Of a stretch of DNA of 64,000 bases, positions 47,816-60,132 are shown piece by piece (position 1 is the stretch's first letter; each line of letters starts with the position of its first letter). Origin of the DNA: Lophium mytilinum (lineage: Eukaryota); NCBI GenBank assembly GCA_010093605.1, contig MU004199.1:310001-374000 (forward strand), in the 5' to 3' direction. Below the pieces are notes generated by a model. It was not told where the DNA came from. It did no database searches and saw only the letters and a program-made list of their open reading frames with translations. The translations under genes and the position numbers were made by a program.

Positions 47816-49419
47816 ATGGCCCGCGGCTCCCGACAGTTCGTGGGCGAAGAACCCAAGAGCGAAGCATCCGCCGTCCCTCCGCACTCCTCCTCCGGCGACG
47901 CTCCTCGCAACCGATTTCTCCCGCGGTTCAATCACAACGGCCATGAAGTCACAAAGGGCATAGAGCCTGAGGGCGAAAGTGGCAGGAAGGGAGTACACCC
48001 CATCAAGTTCCTGCGTATCTGCTTCAGGAGTACCAGCCGGCTCTCCAAATCTGTGAACGTCCTGTGGCCGGTCGTCCCTGCTGCAATTGCAGTCGTATGT
48101 CCACAATCCATGATTTCCTAGACACGGCGGATATTAACGGGAAATTGTAGCATTTCGCGCGCCCCGACTGGCATCTCGCCATCTTCGTCCTCAACTATAT
48201 CGCCATGGTTCCCGCCGCCAACTTGATCGGCTTCGCTGGCCAGGAGCTTGCGCGCAAGGTCCCCAAGGTTTTCGGCGTTATCATGGAAACTACCCTTGGA
48301 TCTATCGTTGAAATCGTGCTCTTCATGGTTTTGATCAAGAAAGGAGACGGCAACGTCCCCGTCATCAAAGCTGCCATACTGGGTTCCATTCTTGCCAATC
48401 TTCTCCTTTGTCTAGGCACCTGCTTCATCGCTGGAGGCCTGCACCACGACGAACAGTCATTTCATGAAGTAGTCAGCGAGGTTGGAAGTGGGTTGATGCT
48501 GGTAGCTGGAAGTAAGTCCATATCCCTAAGACACCTGAACCTCGAAACAGGAACCGTCATATTGACTTCTTATAGTGGGTCTTGTCGCCCCTGCCGTGTT
48601 CTCAAAAGCCGTCACCAGCAGCGAACTCAACCAATCCGGGTTACTGACAGCCTTCGACGCCCAAACGCTCAAAATCAGCCGCGCCACCGCTGTCATTCTC
48701 CTCTTCTCATACATGGTCTTCATCTTCTTCCAGACCAAGACCCACGACGGCCTTTACGGCGAAGTTCTCGAAGCCGACGAGGCAAAAGACCGAGATCGTC
48801 AACACGATCTCGCCAAGGACAAGCTCACATTCACCGAATGCGTCGTCGCACTGCTCATCGCCATCGCCTGTGTCTCTCTCATCGCGATCTTCCTCGTTGA
48901 GCAGATCGAGTTCCTTGTCAAAGAACGAGGTGTAAGCGACGCCTTCGTCGGTCTCATCCTCCTTCCCCTAGTTGAGAAAGCTGCAGGTCCGCAACCCCCA
49001 CCCGTCTAAATAACCCACGTCTCTATCCGTATACACTAACATAGAGCACAGAGCATCTCACAGCCGTCGATGAAGCCTTCGATAATCAGATGAACTTCGC
49101 CCTTGCGCACGTCCTCGGCGCCTCTGTACAGACCGCTCTCTTCAATACGCCCCTCGTCATCATCGTCGGCTGGGGTCTCGGCGTCCACATGGATCTGAAC
49201 TTTGAGATCTTCGACGCCGTGATGCTCATTCTCGCCATTCTCGTCGTTGGAAGCTTCCTAAGGGATGGCAAGAGCAACTATCTCGAAGGCGTGCTGTGCG
49301 TGCTGGTGTACATGATCATCGCGATTTGCGCGTTCTATTACCCGAATCCGGCTGAAGTACAGGGCAGCGAAGAGACGCCGGAAGAGCATGCTGTGAAGAT
49401 GCTGATGAGGATGCGCTAA
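47816..49419 (+). CDS. VCX1: Vacuolar Ca2+/H+ exchanger (CAX/VCX1 family); introns 48095-48150, 48512-48575, 48987-49051
   Basis: Contains GIEPEGESGRKGVHP, AAILGSILANLLL, FQTKTH, FVGLILLPLVEKAAEH, GASVQTAL and DGKSNYLEG. Splice sites checked for frame. Confidence 0.92.
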
Positions 49420-49887
49420 GGGTGGATAATGGTGGGGCATAGGTGGATTGGAAGCGAGTAAAAGGCCAAGTCTAGCCATCTCTAGTCACGGTCATGGATC
49501 TGATTTCGGCTTTGCGAGTTGCATCTGGTCATAGCGGGGAGTTTTGCATCGGCTCAAATTGGCTTCTAGGGTTTAGCGTTGCGAGTATACGGGCTGTCTC
49601 TAATAGCTTTTCGAGAATTACAACCTTAATCATCCACTGTCTTTCAACTTGGACACTATTCACTTCAAAAACCACAAGCCGAACTCGGCATGTTCCCGGA
49701 CCAATGAATTTCATCTAAGATCAATCACGTGCCCAGCGGCTAAACAAATTCCCGCCCCGAAAGACCCGTGCGCCCACCTCGCTTAGCATTTCGTAAATCT
49801 TAAACTCTGCCGCTTCAGAATCGCCAACCTCACCCATTCCACCCCACGCCCAACTCACCCCGACAATCCCTCTCCAATACCGCCATC

Positions 49888-50512
49888 ATGGGTCGCGTCC
49901 GCACGAAGACGGTCAAGAAGTCCGCTAAGGTCATCATCGAGCGCTACTACCCCAAGCTGTCCCAGGACTTCGAGGTCAACAAGCGCATCTGCGATGAGAT
50001 CGCCATCATTGCGTCGAAGAGGCTAAGGAACAAGATTGCTGGATACACTACGCAGTAAGTTTTAGAATGGAGTGAACTCGGCTCCGATCTAGGGAAGGCG
50101 TGCGGCGGCTTCGCAGGATTGGAGACGAGGAGAGTGAAAGAACGGTCGCTAACGCTCGGGTCTAGTCTCATGCGCCGTATTCAACGTGGTCCTGTCCGTG
50201 GTATCTCCTTCAAGCTGCAGGAAGAGGAGCGTGAGCGCAAGGATCAGTACGTGCCTGAGGTGTCGGCGCTCGATATTGGTGCGATGGAGGCGGGTGCGCT
50301 AGATATCGATCAGGAGACGAAGGATCTGTTGAAGAGCTTGGGCGTGAGTACCACCGTTCCCCAAATTGGAGGGCATATTCGCCGGACTATGCTAATTTCT
50401 GGTTTTCACACAGTTCGACTCCATCAACGTCAACGTCGTCCCAGTCGCCCAGCAGCAGGTTGCTGAGCGTGGTGGCCCGCGCCGCTTCAACGACCGGAGG
50501 CCTGGCCAGTAG
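49888..50512 (+). CDS. RPS17: 40S ribosomal protein S17 (eS17); introns 50055-50165 and 50344-50413
   Basis: Translation [92 protein letters not shown]. Confidence 0.98.
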
Positions 50513-52183
50513 AGTGCGTGCGCTCTCTTCACTACGACAACCCATCAATCGACTCGAACAGATGGCCCTCGATGAGTGAAACGATGCAGATTGGGCTCTG
50601 GGGATGGACCGGAGTACGGATGAAGCTGTGGCGGATGCCCGGCCGATAGGAAAATACAAGGTTCTACTTTCCCCCACTAGGTGTCGCTGAGTCTGATTCG
50701 TCGGATGATGCTTGATTGCCAATTCCCCCCAGTGTCGCTGAGTCTGAGGACGAGGCTTGATGCCAAGAGCCCGCTGCCCGATGTACTTGTGATGGTGAAG
50801 GTATGTGCTAACCTGGGAATGATGCTGTTTGTTCGATGTCAGCTTCGACATCCTAAATATGACGGCTGTAGTTGTATGATTTTGAGAAAGCTGACTGTGA
50901 CATGGGATATATCGCAAGCATAGAAGGTAAGTCGTTGCATAGTGATTATCGCTTCCTGTTCATCATTCATGATATCTAATTCAAATCTTATCATTTTGGA
51001 TTGTCCTCTCTATGCTTCGAGCTTGTCATGTGACATGCCGTGGTTAATATCTATGCTTGCCGTCCCGACCAAGGCTTGTTGATTGCATTATCAAAGTCCT
51101 ATTCCCAAGCTTGACGGCCTGGGTCGACTTTTCTTACCGCCGTTCGGAAAGTCTCGGTCAAAGAGACGTGCCCAAAGTAAGTCGTTAATACTACTACACT
51201 ACCATCAGTCCTTTTTGCAATCCCTTGCGCCTGACCTTGAGGGTTAAGTAGGGACGTACGATTTATTCACCGCTGGTCAGATCCCATATCTGTTTGGATA
51301 CGCGGACTCATCAGCATCCGCGAGCCGAATCAAAGTCTTTTGATAGTGGCTTGATATACTTTGGTGGCTGACTTGAGAAGTCTTGTCGTTTTCCGGACCC
51401 TTTGAAACGGCGCGGTCTGTACCGTCTTCTTTCTAAAGACGGCCCGGCAGCCACACGTACCGATGATGGCTGGCATTTGATCTATTTCACGAATTGCCCA
51501 TATAAGGCGTCTCGCCTCCACTCATTCGGAGACGACTACCTCAAGATCGCCACGCAGCGCGGGGTTTCGAAGGGGATGGCGTGCATCAAAGCAGCTCAAG
51601 ATCCTCCTTCAAACCTCATCAATCAATTTCTAGTGAGGTGGATTAGCACACTCACATGAAGGAACACACGGCACCTTCAGCAAGCCACCAAATGGCGGGG
51701 ATGCCCCGCCATCCCGCATTCTGTACGCGAGCGCCGCGGTATCAGCGCACGACTCATCGTGGGAAACCGTTTTCCGACTCCACACCAATGGACCCCGGAC
51801 TTCTCTCCACACCAACCCCAAAAACCAGAGGATCGTCAACTTACTCCACAGTTTGAGATCTTGGCGAAGCTTCACCTGAGCACCGGACTCGTACGAATTG
51901 CCAACTTTCGCGAGATTCACGGAGGTTTGCCGAGCATCCCCATGCATTTGTGGGGCTTACCCGCTGTGCCACAACTTAGGACCCCAGATCATGGATCCGT
52001 TTATCAGAGGATGGGAATCCGAGCGCTCCGTGCTTGCAAATCCTGGGGAGCGTGCCATTGCGTGGGGAGTGCATATAAGGGCCTGCCGATCCCTTGAAAT
52101 ATTTCCCGAGGTCTTCACGTTTGACTAACATTTGAATCTTTTCGCTTTTTCTTTGCGCGTTTTCATCACCAGGGAAGCCTATT

Positions 52184-54194
52184 ATGGCCCAAGAAGAGAA
52201 GCGCTCCAGCCTCGAGCTGGCAGCTGAGAAAGCTGATAATGTCTACGTTGAGGATGTGGGTAGCGATCGTCAGCAGGTTGAGCCTGCTGAGATGGAAGCG
52301 AAGATGAACTGGCAGACTATCATCGCATACCTTGTGAGAAAATACCGATATGGAAGGCCGGCACTCATACTGACATATTCAGGCCCTGGCTTCACAATTC
52401 AACGCCTACATTCTAACTCTCCTCATTCCATCCACCATTCTCCCGTACATCAACGCGGATTTGGGTCCTGACCCCAACTATCCATGGATCACCATCAGCT
52501 GGACGCTTTGCGCTTCTATTATTGTGTCCGTTGGCGGACGTCTGGCCGATATCTTTGGTCGACGTTATTTCATGCTTACCGGTGCATTCATCTCTTTCAT
52601 CGGGACCATCGTTGGCGCCACTGGCCAGAGCATTCCCCAGATGATTGCATCCGGAGTGATTTTCGGTATCGGGAGTGGCTTCCAGGAAATGGCGTACGCT
52701 TGTATCCAAGAAATTGTACCCAACAAATGGAGAGTCTATGCAGTTGGCAAGTAACTCGATCTGAGTCTAGAGAGCAAACCGTCTAACGACATTGTAACAC
52801 ACAGGTGGTTTCGAACTCATGGCCATAACATCCTTCCTGGGCCCTCTCTGCGCCTTCGCTTTCATCTCAAAGACCGAGCTGGGCTGGCGTGCCGCCTACT
52901 GGTATATGTGCGGCTTCCACGGATTCTTCGGCATCTTCCTCGCACTCACGTACTTCCCGCCTTCCTTCAAAACCAAGCACCGCGATGATGGTAAGACGAA
53001 GTGGGAGCTGGTCAAAGAGCTCGACTTTGTCGGTCTCTTCCTCTTCAGCTTGGGCTGTCTCCTTTTCCTGCTCGGCATTAACTACGGTGGGAAGCAATAT
53101 CCCTGGAAATCCGGCCACGTCATTGGTCCTATCGTCGTTGGGCTGCTCTCCTTGGTCGCGCTGGGATTCTGGTCAGCGTACGCGGATCTCAAGTACCCGC
53201 TCATGCCTCGACGACTGTTCAAGAAGGTCAGACGCTTCACGATGGTGCTAGGCGTATGCTTCTGCGGTGGCATGCTGTACTGTAAGCTCTCCCCCTTCTC
53301 TCCTCTCGGCCCAATCTCAAAGTAACGCTAAAATTTACCTCAGACTCCATGAACGTCCTCTGGCCCCGCCAATCCCAACTCCTCTTCACTGGGTCAGACC
53401 CCATCACGAAAGGCCTCTTCGCCGAGCAGATCCCCCTGGGCACCATCATCGCCGGCCTGATCGTCGTCTTCATCTGCTCGCACCTCGGCCACGAGCGCTG
53501 GCAACTCGTCTTCTTCGAAGTCTGCCAGACGGCGCTGATCGGCTCGCTGTCGACCGTCGGGCTGGACGACAAGATCCAGGCGATTTGCACGGTTGTGGCG
53601 CTCAGTTCGATGGTCACGCCGCCGCAGTTGCTGAGCTTTACGATGCTGAGTTTGGGGATTGATGATCAGGTTGATATGTGAGTCGGCAAGCAAAATCATA
53701 TGGAAATAGGGGCGGGTTGCTAATCGGTATGCAGTGGTCTCGCAGTCGGTCTCGCTTCTACCTTCCGCCTCCTTGGTGGTGCAGTTGCTACTGCTATCTA
53801 CACGGCTATCACGAATAACGGCTTCGCGTCCCACATTGCTGGCACTGTCACGGACAACGTTGCGCCCATTCCCTCTTTCCCGGCATCTTCTTTACCCGCG
53901 CTGATCAAAGCGGCCGCTCTCAACACTGCGGCGGCATATAAGCTCGTCCCGGGTATCAATCCCCAGGTTATTGCGGCAGCGCAGCTGGCGGTCAAGCAGG
54001 CGTATGTCTCCGCGTTTCATACGACGTATTTGGCCGCAATTGCGTTTGGGGGCTTGGCGATTATTAGTGCGTTTTTGACGAAGGATACGGATGTCAGGAT
54101 GAAGACGGGGAATAGGGCGGTGCAGTTGGAGAATGAGAAGGGGAGGAAGGGGGAGGATGTTGAGGGGGCGGGGGGGAAGGTTGTGGAGTCGTAG
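52184..54194 (+). CDS. MFS transporter, fungal trichothecene efflux pump (TRI12)-like; introns 52334-52382, 52747-52804 (GC-AG), 53282-53343, 53678-53734
   Basis: Contains INADLGPDPNYPWI, GRLADIFGRRYF, EIVPNKWR, YFPPSF..KH, LDFVGLFLF..G..LFLLG..YGG..YPWKS and R..GGAVA.AIY. Splice frames checked. Confidence 0.9.
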
Positions 54195-55226
54195 GGGAGC
54201 GGTTTGGGTGGGGGTTTGAATGCTTTCGGGTAGGAGAGGTTACAAAGAGAGATATGAAATGGAACAAGCAGAGATCTGTTAGACTTGAATTGTGTTATAC
54301 CTCTGGATTCTGCCAGGCGAAGAGGACTGATGGCAGCTACTCCTCGTGAGTGGTGAGAACTGAGAACCTTGTCTTTGGGGTTGTTATGTTCTCTATGGTT
54401 GCATCGTGCAGCGTGAAAAGGGCGTTGCGCTTTAGAGATAGACTGACGACGACAATAGCACCGCTACGTCGACAAACACAGCGACCACCAAATCCTTCTC
54501 GCACCTTTCCTATATCTTGCATTGCCTCCGTGCGGCTGAGCATCAACTATGTAGCGGAAGCTAGATGAAAAAAGGTTACTGGGTTTCGCACGTGCAAGCT
54601 AAGCCTATTATGGCCACAGCTGAGCGCTCAACGACACGCGGGGCGGGGCAGGAAAAAGGTGGCACATCAAACTACCAAAATCGGCCAAATCCTCAGCAGT
54701 CTGCTCAATTCAATGCTTCCTCTATCCACCACAACGAGCCAGATGATGAAAGTTTTGGTGCGAGCACTGAATTGCTTCGAAACCGCTCTTGTACTAAGCT
54801 TTGACTTTTAATATTAACGGAAAGCTGATCAAATCGTTGTGGGGAGAAGACGACGTATTCTGGTGTACCCCTTTTTTCCTGCCCCACGTGAAGGCTGAGC
54901 AACAAGGCTGAGCAGCTGCTCTCACAACGTCGTGTCTTGTGGCCTTTCCTCAAACTCTCACACGTCACAGGAATGCGTCCGAAACGGTCTTGATATCTTG
55001 TTCTCCCTGTTCCAGTCATAACACCAGTCCGCCCAGCCGTCAAGTTACGCCGTCTACCCAACCCACCTGGGCAGGCGTCCCTGAAGCGGGGACTACGCGC
55101 CCCACTTCGTGAAGGCGCCTTTTCCATGGTAAGAGTCCAACGCAATCTGCTTAAAGCTCACCTAGCTCGGACTGACACTCTGTGATCCTAGCGCACCCAA
55201 TACCTGCTGCATGCTGAATCCCTACC

Positions 55227-57597
55227 ATGGCCGCAATCCCGGACTTAGTGCGGGTGTCGAAGCTCGACACGCAATTCTGTACAAACCCGGAATATACCCA
55301 GCACGTCCAGTACGTTTCAGGGACCACATTCAAGCAACGAAAAATTCGCAAGGAGGAGAGATGGGAAAGGGACAAACGACTCGGCCGTGGCAGTTACGGG
55401 GTCGTATGGCTGGAGAGATGTATCCATGGCGACAGCGAGGGAAAAGTACGTGCTGTGAAAAAGGTACAGAAGGTTGAATCTAGTGATTATCACAGAGAGC
55501 TGCAGGCCATTGCTCTGTTTTCTCATAATGAGGCAAGACATTTCCCATATCTTATCCTCTGTTCCCGGCCTTGGTGCTAAATATTTCCTAGTATGAACAT
55601 TGCTTTGTTAAATCCTTCGGCTGGTACGACAATTTGGACAGCATATTCATCGCCATGGAGTACCTTCCACACGGCGACCTGCACAAGTACCTCAGCTCGC
55701 CGCTGCCAGAGAGAGATGCACAGCATATTGTTGCCCAGGTTCTCGAGGGCTTGAATTTCATGCACGAAAACAGATTCGCTCATCGGGATCTGAAGCCGGC
55801 TGTTAGTTTAGCTATCCCTTACTTACATCATCATATGTGCTAACGCTTTATGTGTAACACAGAACATACTAGTTGTTTGCAGAGGCCCAGACTGGTGGGT
55901 GAAGATTGCAGACTTTGGCATCAGCAAACGAGCAATCGAGGGACTTACAGCTCTACGGACTCTAACAGGCACTCCTGCATTTGCAGCACCAGAGGTCCTT
56001 GGCTTTGTCCAATCAGACGACAATGATACTTCCTACACAAACTCTGTCGATATTTGGTCTTTAAGCGTGATTGCGTTCCTTATTCTTACTGGCAAGACGC
56101 TGTTTGGAGACCAGCGCTGCCTGGGGCAGTATGTAAAAGGTCTTTTCGCATTTCCTTCGAACATCCTACTCGCCAATGATGTAAGCGAAGAAGGGCACGA
56201 CTTCGTAAAGACATTGATGGCACCAAACCCCAAAGATCGCCCAGACGCAAAGAGTAGTCTGCAACACCCTTGGTTCAGCACCAAGCTCGCAAAGCCAGAC
56301 ACATCCAGGTATTGGATTTTTTTGACAACATCTCTCGTACTAGCTAATATTATGGCATTGCTAATTATCACCAGAATAACAACCGCTTCCGAATCGCCAT
56401 CTTACGAGTCGGATACTGAAGCTCTATGTGCTGAACCGTCTGCTAGCTGGAGCACCAAAGCACAGACTTTACCGTCCAGGCTGTACGTCAATACAGGCGT
56501 ACGCTCACAGAGGGCCGATTCCGAATCTTCTTCTAGTAAGAGTGCGCAGGATCCGACTTCAACACACGAACCGCAGAGATCGACGGAGGTTCCTTCTACA
56601 ACCACTGGAGCGACCCCTACGTCTACAGCGGGAAAAACAGAATCAGTAGCAGGTCCACTTACTCAAAACAACTGGGGAGTACAGCTAAAGCTTAAGGGCC
56701 ATTCAAGTGATGTCTACGGCGTTGCATTCTCGCCGGACGGCAGGCTGATCGCATCGGCGTCATATGACAAGACGGTCAGGCTATGGAACCCAGCTACAGG
56801 AGCGGNNNNNNNNNNNNNNNNNNNNNNNNNNNNNNNNNNNNNNNNNNNNNNNNNNNNNNNNNNNNNNNNNNNNNNNNNNNNNNNNNNNNNNNNNNNNNNN
56901 NNNNNNNNNNNNNNNNNNNNNNNNNNNNNNNNNNNNNNNNNNNNNNNNNNNNNNNNNNNNNNNNNNNNNNNNNNNNNNNNNNNNNNNNNNNNNNNNNNNN
57001 NNNNNNNNNNNNNNNNNNNNNNNNNNNNNNNNNNNNNNNNNNNNNNNNNNNNNNNNNNNNNNNNNNNNNNNNNNNNNNNNNNNNNNNNNNNNNNNNNNNN
57101 NNNNNNNNNNNNNNNNNNNNNNNNNNNNNNNNNNNNNNNNNNNNNNNNNNNNNNNNNNNNNNNNNNCTACAGGAGCGGCCTGTGGTACACTTATAGGCCA
57201 TTCACATTATGTCAACGGCGTTGCATTCTCGCCGGACGGCAGGCTAATCGCGTCGGCGTCACATGATATGACTATAAGCCTTTGGGACCCGGCTACAGGA
57301 ACGGTCCGTAGTACGCTTGAGGGCCATTTAAGTTCTATTTACGACGCTGCATTCTCGCCGGACAGCAAGCTAATTGCGTCGTCGTACTATAATAGGATTA
57401 GGCTTTGGGATCCAGCTACAGGAGAGGCCTACAGTACGCTGAAGAGGGCCCACTCCAAGTCAGGTTATACCACGGGCGTTGCGTTCTCGCCGGACAGCAG
57501 GCTAATCGCGTCGGCGTCAAGTGATAACACGGTTAGGCTTTGGAACCAAGAAACGCAGTACCCTATGGAGAAGAAAACTACCCTTGAAATTTCTTGA
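55227..57597 (+). CDS. Ser/Thr kinase with C-terminal WD40 repeats; introns 55533-55591 (GC-AG), 55802-55862, probably 56309-56374; interrupted by an assembly gap
   Basis: Kinase motifs [60 protein letters not shown]-type WD40 units [29 protein letters not shown]. Confidence 0.88.
56806..57166. other. Assembly gap (361 N) within the WD40 array
   Basis: Run of N with CTACAGGAGCGG on both sides. Confidence 0.98.
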
Positions 57598-58440
57598 GAC
57601 GCTCTTTAAAAGGTGTCTACAAAGACCTCCCCTCCCACCCGCCTTCTTTATCTCTCACATATATAAACCCAATGAACGTCGGCTGTTGTATTTGTTTGCT
57701 TGGCGTTAGTAATAGTCACTTATTCATATTGGCTTTAAACCGCGCTTTGGTCAACTAGCCACACAAGCGCTGCGTTAAGAACAGCATATCGATTACACTC
57801 TATGCTGTAGTAATAGAGTATATAAGCAACCCCTCCATCTGTACCTACCGGAGCGACGCCGCCTAGGAACGAGGTAAACGGACGAGACATAGCATGATAA
57901 CAAATAGACACTAACGAATCGGGATTGCCTAGTAGCGCCGTCAGTACAGGACGACGAAGAACCTTCATAGACCTTGCTATGATGACGCTTGAAACCAATT
58001 GCGTCACCAGATCAACTTTCATATCCGTAAGGTTCATTACCTTGCACTTTACCAATCGTGGCGAATTCTCCTCTGGAAGCCCGGCGACATCTCTTCGCGT
58101 CTTCCTAGATCGAATGTTAAGTAGCTGCTGTAGCCATCGCTCTACATGAACGAATGTAGTGCTTTCTTCCACTCATGGGATTCAAGTCAGATACACGGTC
58201 CAGCCACCACTTCGCGATCAAAGGCTGTTTCCCTGTTCACGTGAAATATCACATACTCATGTAAGCATTGTTCAGCGTTATCCTGAACGCCGCTAATCCA
58301 GCATGAACATCACTCCAAATAGCATCAAGACGGTCTAAACAGATCACAACTCCCTAGCCCAGCAGTGCTTCGCTCCACCTCTACCGGTAACACCACCCCT
58401 CTAATCTCCCGACTATTTCTCCAATTCCACACCCTCTCTC

Positions 58441-58797
58441 TCATGCCCATCCCCAATCCCCCCCAGCCTCTCCCGCCTCGCCCACTCCACCGGTCCCCCC
58501 CGCATCTCCTCCACCATCGCTGCCAACCCCCCCGCCGCCTCCGCACGTCTCCCGGAGCGTCCCATACTCCCTATCCATCTCCGCTAGCCCCTCCACTACG
58601 CGCACCTTCTCCGCCAGCCCCTCCACCACGCGTACCTCCTCAGCCCTCAGCGCCGCATTCTCCCTAACCATCCTCTCAAACCCCCGCACGGCCTCCCCAT
58701 TCACCTCCACCAGCCGCCGGTTCTCCCAAATCAGCTCTAGAATCGTCCCCTGCGCCATCCGCATCGCACCCCGCTCCGCCGCCTTCTGCGTCGCCAT
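58441..58797 (-). CDS. Possible small coiled-coil protein
   Basis: 118-codon ORF with internal repeat VRVVEGLAE and G-rich codon bias; no family recognised. Confidence 0.3.
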   Translation of the reverse strand: MATQKAAERGAMRMAQGTILELIWENRRLVEVNGEAVRGFERMVRENAALRAEEVRVVEGLAEKVRVVEGLAEMDREYGTLRETCGGGGGVGSDGGGDAGGTGGVGEAGEAGGDWGWA

Positions 58798-58965
58798 CCG
58801 CGCGTTCTGCGGTTTGATGTCGCGTACCCGCTTAACGAGCTGCGCGTGCAGGCGGTGGCTGTCTGCTAGCGGCTCGAGCAGGCGCGTTAGGCGTGCACCT
58901 AGCGCTTGAGGGTGTGGATGGTAACGTAATCAGATCCCCGGCATATTAAATTGCGGATCATAATG

Positions 58966-59755
58966 TCATACTATCATGATTTCCTTCTTTTCAGACCAAA
59001 GAGAATGAGGGCCTCTAGGTATTGGGTTGCAAATCTTATCCTCGTCGCGGTACGAAGAATATAGGCAAAGACCGACGCGCTCATATTTTTTGCCGCCGTC
59101 AAGTGGACGAATGACCAGTGACACAATAACAGAATCACCAAGCCTCGCGCTTTCCAACTGGCCCAGGCAGTAAACCTGCTCTATATCTCGGAGCTGGTCC
59201 TTTCCCGGTCTTGCCCATGCGTAGTCGGGATATACCAAGACGTTTTCTCCATGGACAGATAAGCCGTGGGAGGGCTGGGGTTGGAGGCCAAAGGCATCAT
59301 CCGCTTGTTTCCAGAGAACCCTTGCTGGACAGAGATTTGCCTTCACTACGATGTACCCGTCTTTGATTTGACCAAACCAATCTCCGTCCCTCACAGGCGT
59401 ACAGCTAGCTCTTTCCACGCTGACCCGGAAGTCTCTCTCTGCGAGGGAGGCCCAATACCCGACCTTCTGGTTTACCGAAGCCCAGGACCACGTTGGAGCC
59501 TGGAACTGTGATGGTCGAGGCTTGAGGCAACTTCGTTATGGCTCGTTCATTTGCCACAAGAGATCCGCCAGCAAGGAGTGCTCCCAAAGACCCGCAAGAT
59601 ATTCCCCGGGACTGCTGTCTGCGGTTTGCTGCACTGGTCCTGATATAGCCGGTAGTCTATCAGTCGCATTTGTGAGGTTGAGGCAAGAGTAGTCTGCAAC
59701 GAGACGAAGCCACGTATGAATGAGGTTTTCCACAGCGCATTTGATGTTACCATCT
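58966..59755 (-). pseudogene. C-terminal remnant of a HET-domain protein with an in-frame premature stop
   Basis: A single frame reads WLRLVADYSCLNLTNATDRLPAISG...YLAGLWEHSLLADLLWQMNEP*RSCLKPRPSQFQAPTWSWASV...YERVGL. TAA at 59538-59536 and another at ~59757; the N-terminal HET core is absent. Confidence 0.8.
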
Positions 59756-60132
59756 TAGCGGCCCTATCTATATAATAATTCTAAGGGAAACATCTCTATC
59801 TACTCGGCTTAATCTTTTATTAAAACTATAAGAATGGACGCTAGGCCTCCAATATATAACGTTGGTCTATTAGAAACGCTCTTTTGACGTTCAAATACAC
59901 TATTTCAAACTCTGGTCGGCTACTGCAGCCCTACACAAACGGCCCAATCACGACCATTCCCCACCACAACACCTCCTCGGGAGCCAAAACCATTGAACCA
60001 ACATGACGTATTCCATCTCCAACAACAATCAATGCTCGACCGTCCCGCAGAGAAATAAAAGCCCTTCCTCTCAACCTTCAAAATTGAAAAACTCCATATC
60101 AACCCCTACCCAACCCATCTCTCCGCCAAACC

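Noticed and set aside
50681..50747. 16-bp direct repeat GTGTCGCTGAGTCTGA downstream of RPS17 (possible snoRNA or regulatory element)
   Set aside because: No properly spaced C/D box pair with a terminal stem could be established; likely a small local duplication.
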